NCBI GenBank assembly: GCA_046482435.1
Contig: JAWOEZ010000004.1
Coordinates: 1-58,323, forward strand
Length of the DNA: 58,323 nt
Reading direction: 5' to 3'
From: Halanaerobiales bacterium
GTDB lineage: Bacteria; Bacillota; Halanaerobiia; Halanaerobiales; M55B127
The position numbers were made by a program, and so were the translations under genes. Shown here piece after piece: positions 19,012-28,919 of the stretch. The stretch's first letter is position 1. Every line of letters starts with the position of its first letter. The notes below the pieces were generated by a model. The model ran no database searches. It was not told the origin of the DNA and saw nothing but the letters and a program-made list of their open reading frames with translations.

Positions 19012-19318
19012 ATATTTATTTATGATTTTAGGAATGACGTTGGTTACATATATACCTAGAATGCTGCCTGTAACTTTATTATCCAAAGTCAAGTTACCGG
19101 ACACAATGGTAAGTATTTTAAAGTATGTAGGCCCGGCAATATTAGCTTCTTTATTAGCCCCTGCTTTATTTATTACCGACGGTTCTCTAAATATTTCTTT
19201 GACTAACAACTATCTATTAGCTGCAATCCCTACTTTTTTTACAGCATATTTTACAAGGAGTATATTTACAACTGTATTTTTAGGGATGTTTTATTTATAT
19301 ATTCTTACATTAATTTAA
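19001..19318 (+). CDS. azlD: AzlD family membrane protein
   Basis: GMTLVTYIPRMLP, LKYVGPAILASL. Overlaps azlC. Confidence 0.85.
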   Translation: MELKYLFMILGMTLVTYIPRMLPVTLLSKVKLPDTMVSILKYVGPAILASLLAPALFITDGSLNISLTNNYLLAAIPTFFTAYFTRSIFTTVFLGMFYLYILTLI

Positions 19319-19335
19319 AAAATTGAGGTGAAAAT

Positions 19336-20361
19336 ATGGATATTAAAATTGATTTATTTAGTGATACTGGTACAAGACCATCTGATGAGATGAGACAGTT
19401 TATGGCGGAAGCTGAGGTTGGAGATGAACAATTATTTGAAGATCCCAGTGTTAATAGGCTTACAGAAATGGCATCAAATATTTTAGGGAAGGATGAAGCA
19501 ATATATCTCCCTTCTGGTTTAATGGCTAATCAAATATCTTTTGCGGTCCACTGTAATCCTGGGGATGAAATAATTATGGATGAGAGCGCTCATCCCATTC
19601 ATTATGAAGGAGGCGCTACGGCTGTAATTAGTGGTGCTTCAATTAGATCTGTTGAAGGTAAAAGAGGAATTTTTAATTTAGAACAGTTCGAAAAAGCAGT
19701 TAGAACTAAAGATTATCATGATCCTCAGAGTAAGCTATTGTCAATCGAACAGACTTCAAATTTAGGCGGAGGTTCGATTTGGCCCTTAGAACAAATAGAA
19801 GAATTAACCGATAAGGCTCACGAATTAGGTTTAAAAACCCATATGGATGGAGCTAGACTATTTAATGCTGTGGCAGCAAAAGAAATTAATGCTCAAAGAT
19901 ATGCTGCCAATTTTGATTCGGTATGGTTTGATTTAAGTAAAGGATTAGGAGCTCCAGTTGGTTCTGTCCTGGCGGGATCTAAAGAGTTTATCAATGAAGC
20001 TAGATACTGGAAGCAGAGATTAGGGGGAGCAATGCGACAGGCTGGTATCATTGCCGCTGGTGGGATCTATGCTCTTGAAAATAATCTTGAAAGACTTAAG
20101 GTAGATAATGATAATGCAAAGCTTTTGGCTGAAGAACTTGCAGAAATCCCAGCTGTAGATATTGATCCTACTACTGTTGAAACCAATATTGTAATTTTTA
20201 AAATAAAAGGAGTAAAATCAGCAGAATTTGCTGAAAAGCTATTAGAAGATGGCTTAAGAGTAAGTGTTCTACATGATAAACTGAGGGCAGTTACTCATCT
20301 TGATGTAAATAGAGAAGATATATTGGACGCTGTTGATATATTCAAAAAAGACTTAAGATAA
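19336..20361 (+). CDS. ltaE: Low-specificity L-threonine aldolase (PLP)
   Basis: DLFSDT, VGDE, PSGLMANQ, HMDGARLFNA, LSKGLGAPVGS, GGAMRQAG. Confidence 0.88.
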   Translation: MDIKIDLFSDTGTRPSDEMRQFMAEAEVGDEQLFEDPSVNRLTEMASNILGKDEAIYLPSGLMANQISFAVHCNPGDEIIMDESAHPIHYEGGATAVISGASIRSVEGKRGIFNLEQFEKAVRTKDYHDPQSKLLSIEQTSNLGGGSIWPLEQIEELTDKAHELGLKTHMDGARLFNAVAAKEINAQRYAANFDSVWFDLSKGLGAPVGSVLAGSKEFINEARYWKQRLGGAMRQAGIIAAGGIYALENNLERLKVDNDNAKLLAEELAEIPAVDIDPTTVETNIVIFKIKGVKSAEFAEKLLEDGLRVSVLHDKLRAVTHLDVNREDILDAVDIFKKDLR

Positions 20362-20378
20362 GGAAACTTTCATTAAAA

Positions 20379-20396
20379 TTGTGAAAATCTACAAAA
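20379..20396. promoter_or_regulatory. Possible Rex box upstream of the BMP nucleoside ABC operon
   Basis: TTGTGAA-AATC-TACAAAA, 2 mismatches to TTGTGAA-N4-TTCACAA. The background is AT-rich, so chance is possible. Confidence 0.3.
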
Positions 20397-20547
20397 AAAA
20401 CAACACAAAGATTGATATATGTACTAATGAAAGATTTTACAAAAATGTGATATAATCATTGTAATAATAAGAGGAAAGGGAGTGTATATCTTTTCATTCA
20501 ATGACTCTTTCGTATAATGATAAAAAAATAATAAGGGGTCATATTAA

Positions 20548-21576
20548 ATGCCTAGAATTAAATTTACAGGTATTCTTACAATTACTTTAATGTTAGTGGT
20601 TAGTTTATTTATTGTTGGTGGCAGTGTTTCTGCACAAGATTATGACAAATTTGCAGTTATTTATCCAGGTTTAATCCAGGATGCTGATTATAATGCTACT
20701 GGTTACAGAACTATGCAGGCTGTTGAGGAAGAATTAGATATGGAGGTATCTTATTCAGAACAGGTTGCTGTACCTGATGCTTCAAGGGTATTAAGTGAAT
20801 ATGCTTCAAGTGGATATGGTATTATCTGGGCACATGGAGCTCAATTTAACGAAGCTGTTTTTGAAGTAGCTCCTGAATTTCCGGATGTATCTTTTATTAT
20901 TGAAGCAGATGCTCCTTTAGATGAAGAATATGAAAATATAACACTTCTAGAACGTAATTACTATCCTGGTTTTTATGTATTGGGTGCTCTTGCAACCCAG
21001 GTAACTGAAACAAATAAAGTTGGATATATTGGTGGTTTAGAACTTCCTTTCACTTACGGTGAACTTAATGCAATTGACCAGGCTATTGATACCTATGATT
21101 CAGACATTGAATTAAAATACATCTATGTAGGAGACTTTAATGATCCAGTTAAAACAAAACAAAGTGCTGAAGCTTTAATTTCTCAAGACGTAGATGTAAT
21201 TATTAGTGGTGTAAACTTAGGTAACTATGGATTATTCAGAGCTGTAGAAAATGCTGACAGAGATGTATATGTAACAACTACTTATACTGATAAGCATAAT
21301 CTAGCTCCTGATAATCACCTCACATCTGACTTATTCAAATATAATCCTGTTGTATTTGAAGCTATTGATAGAATTAAATCCGGCAAGACAAGCAACTTTA
21401 TTCCTATGGAGTATGGCCCTGAAAGTTCACGTTATCTAAAATTACCCGTTGATAATGTTTCTGAAAAAGTAAATGAATGGGTAAAAGATATCGCAGAAAA
21501 AGTAGCTAGTGGAGAAATAGAAGTTGAGAAAAACTTATCTGAAATAGATATTGAAGGGGAAGAGCTTGAAGAATAA
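20548..21576 (+). CDS. BMP/PnrA-family nucleoside ABC substrate-binding protein
   Basis: PGLIQDADYN, GYGIIWAHG, VAPEFPDV, TETNKVGYIGG, GDFNDP. Signal peptide lacks a lipobox Cys. Confidence 0.88.
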   Translation: MPRIKFTGILTITLMLVVSLFIVGGSVSAQDYDKFAVIYPGLIQDADYNATGYRTMQAVEEELDMEVSYSEQVAVPDASRVLSEYASSGYGIIWAHGAQFNEAVFEVAPEFPDVSFIIEADAPLDEEYENITLLERNYYPGFYVLGALATQVTETNKVGYIGGLELPFTYGELNAIDQAIDTYDSDIELKYIYVGDFNDPVKTKQSAEALISQDVDVIISGVNLGNYGLFRAVENADRDVYVTTTYTDKHNLAPDNHLTSDLFKYNPVVFEAIDRIKSGKTSNFIPMEYGPESSRYLKLPVDNVSEKVNEWVKDIAEKVASGEIEVEKNLSEIDIEGEELEE

Positions 21577-21597
21577 GTAGTTAATTTAGGTTATATA

Positions 21598-21625
21598 ATT
21601 GCTGCCTGAATATTCAGGCAGCAAT
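21598..21625. repeat. Perfect 28-bp palindrome after the SBP gene (mRNA-stabilising or attenuating hairpin)
   Basis: ATTGCTGCCTGAAT/ATTCAGGCAGCAAT, with no clear U-tract directly after it. Confidence 0.75.
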
Positions 21626-21710
21626 CTTGGTTTTATATATATATTCGTCTTCTTAATTGTTATTTAAAAATAATAACAAAAATATTTAAAGAAGAGAGTG
21701 AGACTGAAAT

Positions 21711-23246
21711 ATGGATAATAAAGGCAAAGTATTAGAAACTAAAAATATAAGTAAAAGTTTTGGAGCAGTACAAGCTTTAGATAAAGTTAACTTTGATCTG
21801 AACAAGGGAGAAATTCACGGTCTGCTTGGTGAAAACGGGGCGGGAAAATCGACCTTGATGAATGTATTATATGGTTTATATAAAGAAGATGAGGGTGAGA
21901 TATATTTAAGAGGGGAAAAAGTCAATTTTAATTCTCCTATTGATTCTATTAGAAATGGAATTGGTATGATTCACCAAAGTTCTACTTTAGTGCCGGAGTT
22001 TACAGCTTTAGAGAATTTGATTTTGGGTACTGAAGGGGATAAAATGTCTCTGGAATTAAAAGGGGCAGAAAAAGAGGTCAAACAACTGCAAGAGGATTTC
22101 GGTTTGAAGTTTCCGCTGGGAACAAAAGTTAAAGAACTACCTGCTGGTGTTAAAAAGAAGGTAGAGATTATACGTGCAATTTACAGAGGTGCCAATATAC
22201 TGATTTTAGATGAACCAACTACTTCTCTTGTAGAAAAAGAATTTGAAAAACTTTTAAAATCACTTAAAAAAATGGTTGCAAATGGTGTAACTATAGTATT
22301 TATTACACATAAAATAAAAGAGGTTTTAAAGGCTTGTGACAGGGCTAGTGTACTAACGGGTGGAGTAATGCAGGGTACTGTTGATACTACAAAAGCTACA
22401 AAAGAAGATTTGGTTAAATTAATGTTCCAAAACCAGGAAATCAATATTACAGAAAGTGCTATTCCCATTATCGATGTTCCTGACATTGAAAGGTCGGAGG
22501 AACCGGTGTTGAGTTTAAAAAATATATCAGCTAAATCTAAAGAAAAAGATGGAACTGATCTAAAATCAATATCTTTTGATATATATGGTGGCGAAATACT
22601 CGGTATTGCAGGGATTTCTGGTAATGGTCAAAAAGAACTAGCAGAACTTATCATCGATCCTAATAATATAACAGCCGGTGAAATTAGTTTATTGGGTGAA
22701 AAAGTGAATGGATTATCAACAAATCAAATATTTGACAGAGATGTTTTTTATATTCCAGAAGATAGAAAAAAAGAAGCTATTTTGGGTCTTGGAGATATTA
22801 AGGATAATGTTTTAATGGGCCATCAAAGAGAAGAATATTTTCAAAATAATGGGATTGTTGATTGGAATAAAGTTAAAAATGAAACCTTAGAAGTTATCAA
22901 TGAATATGGAGTTAAAACTCCAGATGAGAAACAACAAATTGGCAAATTATCCGGTGGTAATATTCAAAGAGTAGTAATAGGACGGGCATTAATCAATGAT
23001 TTAGATCTGCTAGTGACTCATAGCCCAACCGCAGGATTAGATATGGCTTCAGTTGAATTTGTATTTCACAGACTAATCGAATTAAGGTCTAAAGGGACTG
23101 CCGTTTTATATATAAATGAAGATTTAGATGAACTAATGGAAATTAGTGATAGAATAGGTGTCATTCATGAGGGTAAATTAATAGAGATATATAACCAAGA
23201 TCAATATGATAAATACGAAATTGGTTCTAAGATGATTGGAGGTTAA
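21711..23246 (+). CDS. CUT2-type (YufO/NupA-like) double-domain ABC ATPase
   Basis: GENGAGKSTL, ILDEPT, LSGGNIQR, PTAGLD. Confidence 0.9.
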   Translation: MDNKGKVLETKNISKSFGAVQALDKVNFDLNKGEIHGLLGENGAGKSTLMNVLYGLYKEDEGEIYLRGEKVNFNSPIDSIRNGIGMIHQSSTLVPEFTALENLILGTEGDKMSLELKGAEKEVKQLQEDFGLKFPLGTKVKELPAGVKKKVEIIRAIYRGANILILDEPTTSLVEKEFEKLLKSLKKMVANGVTIVFITHKIKEVLKACDRASVLTGGVMQGTVDTTKATKEDLVKLMFQNQEINITESAIPIIDVPDIERSEEPVLSLKNISAKSKEKDGTDLKSISFDIYGGEILGIAGISGNGQKELAELIIDPNNITAGEISLLGEKVNGLSTNQIFDRDVFYIPEDRKKEAILGLGDIKDNVLMGHQREEYFQNNGIVDWNKVKNETLEVINEYGVKTPDEKQQIGKLSGGNIQRVVIGRALINDLDLLVTHSPTAGLDMASVEFVFHRLIELRSKGTAVLYINEDLDELMEISDRIGVIHEGKLIEIYNQDQYDKYEIGSKMIGG

Positions 23247-23250
23247 TAAA

Positions 23251-24327
23251 GTGGCTGTAAAAGAAAAAACAATAGAAGAAAAGTCCAACTGGCAGAATAT
23301 GTGGAATAGCTTCAAACCTTATGTATTAGCCCTTTTAATAGCTTTCGCTATATCTGGTGCTATTATAGGAATACTTGGTTATAACATACCTAAAGCATAT
23401 CAGACCTTGCTTTTCACCTCTTTTTCTTCAAGAAGAGGGATAATTGAGACCTTAAAGAAATTTATTCCGCTTACATTAGCTACTTATGCTTTTGCGATTC
23501 CATTTAGGATTAGATTTTTCAATATAGGCGGTTGGGGACAAATGCTTTTCGGAGGAACTGTGACTGCAATTGTTGGAATAGGATTGGCCGGACTTAATCT
23601 TCCTGCAATTATTTTCATACCAATATTGCTTTTATCTGCAATGTTGGCAGGAGCATTCTTTGCCTTGATAGCAGGATTTTTGAAAGCATACTACAATATA
23701 AATCCAATAATTTCAACAATCATGTTAAATTTCATAGCATTTTATTTTGTTAACTTTATCGCAACAACTGCTCCCTGGAAAGCTTCACAATCTGGGCATC
23801 CTATGACTTTAAAATTACCAGAAGCAGCCTTGTTGCCTAAGGTATTTAACCAGATACATTTTGGAATTGTGTTAGTAATCATTGTAATTATTGCGATATA
23901 TTTCTTGCTGAATAAGACTGTGTTAGGTTATGAAATTAAAGCCACTGGTTTAAATCCAGATGCTTCATCAGTATATGGGATAAGAATGAAAAAGACTTTA
24001 ATGATCACCTTCTTAATCGCAGGTGCGCTGGGCGGTCTCGGTGGAGGTATAGAAGTAATGGGAGTTCACTCTCGTTTAGTTGAAGGCTTTGCCCTTACCA
24101 GTGGGGCCCAATACGGTATATTCGGTATTTTAACTGCTCTGATCTGTCAAGGAAAAGCACTTGGTGTACCTTTTTCTGCGATGTTTATATCTATACTGTT
24201 AGTTGGTGCAGATGCAATGCAGAGGACACTTCAAGTCCCTGTTGAACTGGTATTTTTGACTCAAGCAATAATTGTGCTTCTGATTGTTGTATTAAGAAGA
24301 CAAGCTGGCGGTAGTTATATTGAATAA
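23251..24327 (+). CDS. Nucleoside ABC permease (YufP/NupB-like)
   Basis: FNIGGWGQ, ISTIMLNFIA, GYEIKATGLNP. GTG 23251 has the SD; the ORF track starts at 23236. Confidence 0.87.
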   Translation: MAVKEKTIEEKSNWQNMWNSFKPYVLALLIAFAISGAIIGILGYNIPKAYQTLLFTSFSSRRGIIETLKKFIPLTLATYAFAIPFRIRFFNIGGWGQMLFGGTVTAIVGIGLAGLNLPAIIFIPILLLSAMLAGAFFALIAGFLKAYYNINPIISTIMLNFIAFYFVNFIATTAPWKASQSGHPMTLKLPEAALLPKVFNQIHFGIVLVIIVIIAIYFLLNKTVLGYEIKATGLNPDASSVYGIRMKKTLMITFLIAGALGGLGGGIEVMGVHSRLVEGFALTSGAQYGIFGILTALICQGKALGVPFSAMFISILLVGADAMQRTLQVPVELVFLTQAIIVLLIVVLRRQAGGSYIE

Positions 24328-24344
24328 GGAACTAATATTAATTT

Positions 24345-25277
24345 ATGAAAGGAAGTGTTGATGTGGATCAACTTACAGATATGCTTACACAGATAATTTC
24401 ATATACCAGCATCTATGCCCTGGCCAGCCTTGGAATTGTAATTGGTGGTAGAACCGGTATATTTAATATTTCCGGGGAAGGAATTATGCTTGCCTCAGCT
24501 TCAGCTGGGTTTATTGCAGCTTATCAGACCGGTAATTGGTTTATGGGTTTTTTGGTAGGTGCTTTAATGGGAGGTCTGTTCGGTTTTATTTTGATATATA
24601 TACATGAGAAACTTAAAATAAGTCAATTTATTTTAGGTATAACTCTTGTAATATTAGGAACTGGTTTATCAGACTTATTGTATAAGACAGCTATTGGTGT
24701 CCAACTTTTTGCTCCTGAGGCACCGCAAGTTCCTAATATTAGAATTCCTGGTTTAGTTAACACACCGATAATATCTGCAATATTTAAACAGGATATAATC
24801 GTATATTTCACCTATTTTGTAGTTATTGTAGTTTATTATATATTTTACCATACTAGAATTGGATTAGAGACCAGGGCCATCGGTGAAGATCCCAAAGCTG
24901 CCGATGTTGTTGGTATAAACGTAAAATTACGTAGATATGTTACAACTATTATTGGAAGTATGTTGATGGGTCTTGCTGGTGCCTATTTACCATTGGTTGT
25001 TACCGGAACATATACGACCAATATTTCAAATGGTAGAGGCTTTATGGCAATAGGAATTGCAATATTTGCCAGCTGGCGTCCGGAGAGAGCACTTCTAGGA
25101 GCTTTTATATTTGCTGCTATTGAAGTAATTTCTTTCCAACAACAACTTGGTGCTTCAATATTTCCCTATCAGTTCTTACTGATGCTGCCCTTTATCTCAG
25201 TATTATTAATCATGTGGTTATTTAGAAAGCGAATTGAATTTCCGGCAGCACTTGGAAAACCATATAGCCGGGAGTAA
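24345..25277 (+). CDS. Nucleoside ABC permease (YufQ/NupC-like)
   Basis: GIFNISGEG, RAIGEDPKAADVVGINV, GRGFMAIG, PAALGKPY. Confidence 0.87.
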   Translation: MKGSVDVDQLTDMLTQIISYTSIYALASLGIVIGGRTGIFNISGEGIMLASASAGFIAAYQTGNWFMGFLVGALMGGLFGFILIYIHEKLKISQFILGITLVILGTGLSDLLYKTAIGVQLFAPEAPQVPNIRIPGLVNTPIISAIFKQDIIVYFTYFVVIVVYYIFYHTRIGLETRAIGEDPKAADVVGINVKLRRYVTTIIGSMLMGLAGAYLPLVVTGTYTTNISNGRGFMAIGIAIFASWRPERALLGAFIFAAIEVISFQQQLGASIFPYQFLLMLPFISVLLIMWLFRKRIEFPAALGKPYSRE

Positions 25278-25330
25278 AAAAAATAAAAAAATTATATAGA
25301 TGAGGGAGTCCACCTTTGATTATTGATAGT

Positions 25331-25368
25331 TCCTATTCGGTTTGATTATCCCGAATAGGAGTTTTTTT
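25331..25368 (+). terminator. Intrinsic terminator
   Basis: TCCTATTCGG-N10-CCGAATAGGA followed by G and T7. Confidence 0.8.
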
Positions 25369-25628
25369 ATTTTAATATTTTTAGGGGGTTGGTTCTTAGA
25401 AAACAATTAAGCTAGGATTTATTATCATATTGGGATTACCGATAGTCGATGAGATAGTTAAAGAAGACTTAGTTATAATCGGAGAAGTTGAAATAATAAA
25501 ATATAAAACTGATAATATATAGTAGAGAATAATATATTATTAAAGGAAACTACTCATAATTGTTTAAATAATACTAATAGAGGTTCTTAAATAGTTCTTA
25601 AAAATTATTAAAGTTTTTATTCTAAGAA

Positions 25629-25740
25629 AAGAACTTTGGAAAAGCTAAGTTATGAGATGAAATAAATTTTTGAGTTGAGAAAGGCAAATTTCTAAGATGA
25701 TTGGGCCTAATGGATGGCAAAATTACTACAATTAAAAACC
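25629..25740 (+). pseudogene. Highly degraded ABC ATPase N-terminal remnant
   Basis: Across frameshifts and stops it reads KNFGK / DEINF*VEKGKFL / MIGPNG / GKITTIK, a Walker A GPNGxGKT relic. Confidence 0.45.
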
Positions 25741-25882
25741 TGAATAATCTATAAAAAAACTCTAGGTTTAAAGGCTAATCTTGTTGAATGGGTTATTAAA
25801 CACAACAAGGAGGGAAGACTTCCCGGTTAAAACAGGTTTATTAAATTTTGGGAATGGGAAGCAGGGAAAGGATGTTTTAATA

Positions 25883-26797
25883 ATGGAAAACATTATAAAT
25901 TATTCAAAAGAAATTGTGAAGGCTTTAAAAAATGATGAACCGATCCTGGCTTTAGAATCTACGATTATCGCTCATGGGTTTCCTCATCCTGACAATATAG
26001 AACTGGCCCTTGACCTCGAAGAGCAGGCAAGAAAAGCGGGAGTTGTACCTGCTACAATAGCTATAATTGATGGGAAAGTAAAAGTGGGATTAAACAAAGA
26101 TGAGTTAGAATTTATTGCTAAGTCTAATAATATAAAGAAAGCAAGTTTGAGAGACTTACCAGTATTATTAGCCAAGAAATTGAACGGTGCTACAACAGTT
26201 GCAGCAACGATGCAAATTGCTTATTTGGCTGGCATCGATGTCTTTGTTACCGGAGGCATTGGTGGGGTTCATCGTAAAGCAGAAGAAACCTTTGATATTT
26301 CTGCAGATATAAAAGCTCTTTCTCAATATCCAGTGACAGTTGTTTGTGCTGGTGCGAAATCTGTGCTTGATCTACCGAAAACCAAAGAAATTTTGGAAGC
26401 AAAAGGAGTACCTGTTTTAGGGTATAAAACAAACAAATTTCCAGCATTTTATATAAGAGAGAGTGGATTAGAAGTAGATTATAGGGTCAAGGATGCTAGA
26501 GAAGTATCCAGCATAATTAGAAGTAATAGATTATTAGAAAACAAAAATGGTGTTTTGGTTACCGTTCCGATTCCAAAGAAAGATGAGCTAGAGGAAAAAG
26601 AATTTAATAAAATTATAGAAAGCTTAATTTTAGAAGTAGAAGAAAAAGGAATAAAAGGTAAAAAAATAACTCCCTATCTCTTGGATAGGATCAAGGAAGA
26701 AACCGGGGGCAAGAGTATAAAGGCCAATGTTTCTCTGGTTAAAAATAATCTTAAGGCAGGTTGTAAAATTTCTAAAAAGATAAAAGGAAGTTTTTAA
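25883..26797 (+). CDS. psuG: Pseudouridine-5'-phosphate glycosidase
   Basis: ALESTIIAHGFP, GATTVAAT, TGGIGGVHR, DISAD, GAKSVLD, GKKITPYLL. Start set at ATG 25883 rather than 25781. Confidence 0.92.
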   Translation: MENIINYSKEIVKALKNDEPILALESTIIAHGFPHPDNIELALDLEEQARKAGVVPATIAIIDGKVKVGLNKDELEFIAKSNNIKKASLRDLPVLLAKKLNGATTVAATMQIAYLAGIDVFVTGGIGGVHRKAEETFDISADIKALSQYPVTVVCAGAKSVLDLPKTKEILEAKGVPVLGYKTNKFPAFYIRESGLEVDYRVKDAREVSSIIRSNRLLENKNGVLVTVPIPKKDELEEKEFNKIIESLILEVEEKGIKGKKITPYLLDRIKEETGGKSIKANVSLVKNNLKAGCKISKKIKGSF

Positions 26798-26798
26798 A

Positions 26799-27683
26799 AT
26801 GATATTAGTATTAGGTGATATTAACTTAGATATAATTGTTAATTTAAGGGAACAGATTAATTTTGATACAGACAGTGAGTCTGACATATACTTTAGAGGT
26901 GGGGGTTCAGCAGCTAATTTTTCATACTGGTTGGACTATCTTGATCAACCTGTAAGATTAGTGGCCAAAACTGGTGATGATTTTATAGTTAACTATTTGA
27001 AAGAGGAGTTTCAAGATACTAAAATAGATTTTGTTAATCTGGTAAGTAATAAAAAAGATACGGGGCGGATTGTTATCTTACTGAGTGAAACTGGTGATAG
27101 AACCATGATAACAGACCGGAGAGCGAATACTGCGCTATCTCCCGAAGATTTAAAAGAAGAATATTTTAAAGGTATTGGACATCTCCACCTTGGGGGGTAT
27201 AGTTTTTTTGGCGGTCAAAATATGGAAAAAAGTGCGGTTAAAATAATTAAAAAAGCTAAAGAAAATAATATAAAAATATCATTTGACCCCTCTTCTTATT
27301 CTGGATTAAACCATTATGGTCCTCAAAAGATATTAAATCAAACGGAAGGCTTGGATTTCTGTTTTCCTAATTTGGAAGAAGGAAAAGTTTTAACAAACAA
27401 AGAAAAACCAGAAGAAATTGTAAAAGAACTCTTAAATTACTACAAAAATGTAGTATTAAAGTTGGGGAAAAAAGGTTGCTATCTCGGTAATAAAAAAAGG
27501 ATAAGAATAGTAAAGCAGAATATAAAGCGTGCTGAAGCTGATAGTACAGGTGCTGGTGATGCTTTTGCGGCAGCCTTTATTGCGGATTATTTAAATAATA
27601 AGGATTTAAAATCGGCTGCAGAAAGAGCTAATGAAGTAGCATTTAAATGTGTAAATAAAGTTGGGGGGAGGCCACCTGGATAG
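26799..27683 (+). CDS. PfkB-family carbohydrate kinase, probable pseudouridine kinase
   Basis: GGGSAAN, DSTGAGDAFAA. Starts 1 nt after psuG. Confidence 0.8.
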   Translation: MILVLGDINLDIIVNLREQINFDTDSESDIYFRGGGSAANFSYWLDYLDQPVRLVAKTGDDFIVNYLKEEFQDTKIDFVNLVSNKKDTGRIVILLSETGDRTMITDRRANTALSPEDLKEEYFKGIGHLHLGGYSFFGGQNMEKSAVKIIKKAKENNIKISFDPSSYSGLNHYGPQKILNQTEGLDFCFPNLEEGKVLTNKEKPEEIVKELLNYYKNVVLKLGKKGCYLGNKKRIRIVKQNIKRAEADSTGAGDAFAAAFIADYLNNKDLKSAAERANEVAFKCVNKVGGRPPG

Positions 27684-28181
27684 AGTTTAAAGTTAAACTG
27701 AAGTTCTATGTTAATATTTTTTATAATAAAAAAAAGAGCAAGCTTGAATAAGATATTATTTAAATAATTACTGATATATCTAGAACCCAAGGTTTCCCCC
27801 ACCGTTTTTAGTTAAGGGCAGATTTTTAAAGTAGTGATTAACTATACATTGATAAATATAATATTTAAAGGTCTGCCATGAAAAGTTTCTTGATACATTG
27901 TTTTGCAAAAGGTCATGCCGAACAGAACAAAATTATATCTTAAGTATTTTTTAATTGTACTGGATTTTCATATCGAAAGTTTATTCACAGTAATATATAG
28001 AAGGTATCGGTTAAGGAATAAAAACTAGAAGTAATTTTGAATAATTATATTTCTGTATTGAAAATAACTTTAAATTCACAGATTAGATAATATAGAAGAT
28101 AAATTAGGGAGGATTTTATAACCTAACAGAGAATATATAATAAAAGGAAAATATTTTAAAAGAAGGGGCTGAAGTGTCTAT

Positions 28182-28835
28182 ATGGAACAGGTTTATGAGC
28201 AAAAAAGAAAACAACTACTTGATGATCTAAGTAACATGAGCGAAGTCGCTGAAGAAATGCTGCAGAACGCTATCAAAGCACTTGATGAAAAAGATGAAGA
28301 CCTAGCCAGAGATGTAATTAATAGAGATGATGTAATGGATAGTTACCAAATTACTATTGAAGAAGAAGTTTCTAGATTATTATCTCTCAATAAACCCCTC
28401 ATGAGTGATATTCAGTATAGTATAGCTTTAGTTAAAATCGCAAGTGACCTTGAAAGAATTGCTGATCATGCCACAAATATTGCTGAGATTGTACTGGAAC
28501 TTAAACATGAAGAGTATCTACAATCTCTTGTGATGATACCTGAATTATCGAGTATTGTAAAAGATATGTTGGATGTTGTTTTAGAGGCTTTCATCACTAA
28601 AAATGCAGATTTAGCAGAAGCCGCCTGTAGACAGGATGAAAGAGTTGATAATATTTATGAACAAATTTATAATAAAAATTTGAAATTAGTAAGTAAAAAA
28701 GAGGACCTAAAAAATGTCAATCAAGTTTTTAGGTTTACAAAAGTTGCTAAGTCTTTAGAACGAATTGGAGATCATGCCACTAATATTGGTGAAGAAACAA
28801 TCTTTATTTTAACTAAGAAAAGAACAAAATATTAA
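28182..28835 (+). CDS. phoU: PhoU family protein
   Basis: Duplicated DLERIADHATNIAE / LERIGDHATNIGE motifs. Confidence 0.9.
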   Translation: MEQVYEQKRKQLLDDLSNMSEVAEEMLQNAIKALDEKDEDLARDVINRDDVMDSYQITIEEEVSRLLSLNKPLMSDIQYSIALVKIASDLERIADHATNIAEIVLELKHEEYLQSLVMIPELSSIVKDMLDVVLEAFITKNADLAEAACRQDERVDNIYEQIYNKNLKLVSKKEDLKNVNQVFRFTKVAKSLERIGDHATNIGEETIFILTKKRTKY

Positions 28836-28861
28836 CATATATCAGATAGTAAATCTTTAGG

Positions 28862-28895
28862 GCCTATCTCTTTTTATAGATAGGCTTTTTCTTTT
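28862..28895 (+). terminator. Intrinsic terminator after phoU
   Basis: GCCTATCT-N8-AGATAGGC followed by TTTTTCTTTT. Confidence 0.7.
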
Positions 28896-28919
28896 ATTGA
28901 ACAAAAAAGGAGGATTAAG

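Noticed and set aside
380-20548. Purine riboswitch upstream of xdh, the permease or the BMP gene (TCGTATAAT at about 20510)
   Set aside because: The ATATGG...GTTTCTACC...CCGTAAA core is absent. The match is only a -10-like hexamer.
25781-25882. 34-aa N-terminal extension of psuG from TTG 25781
   Set aside because: No SD at 25781. Family similarity starts after ATG 25883, which has a purine-rich SD.
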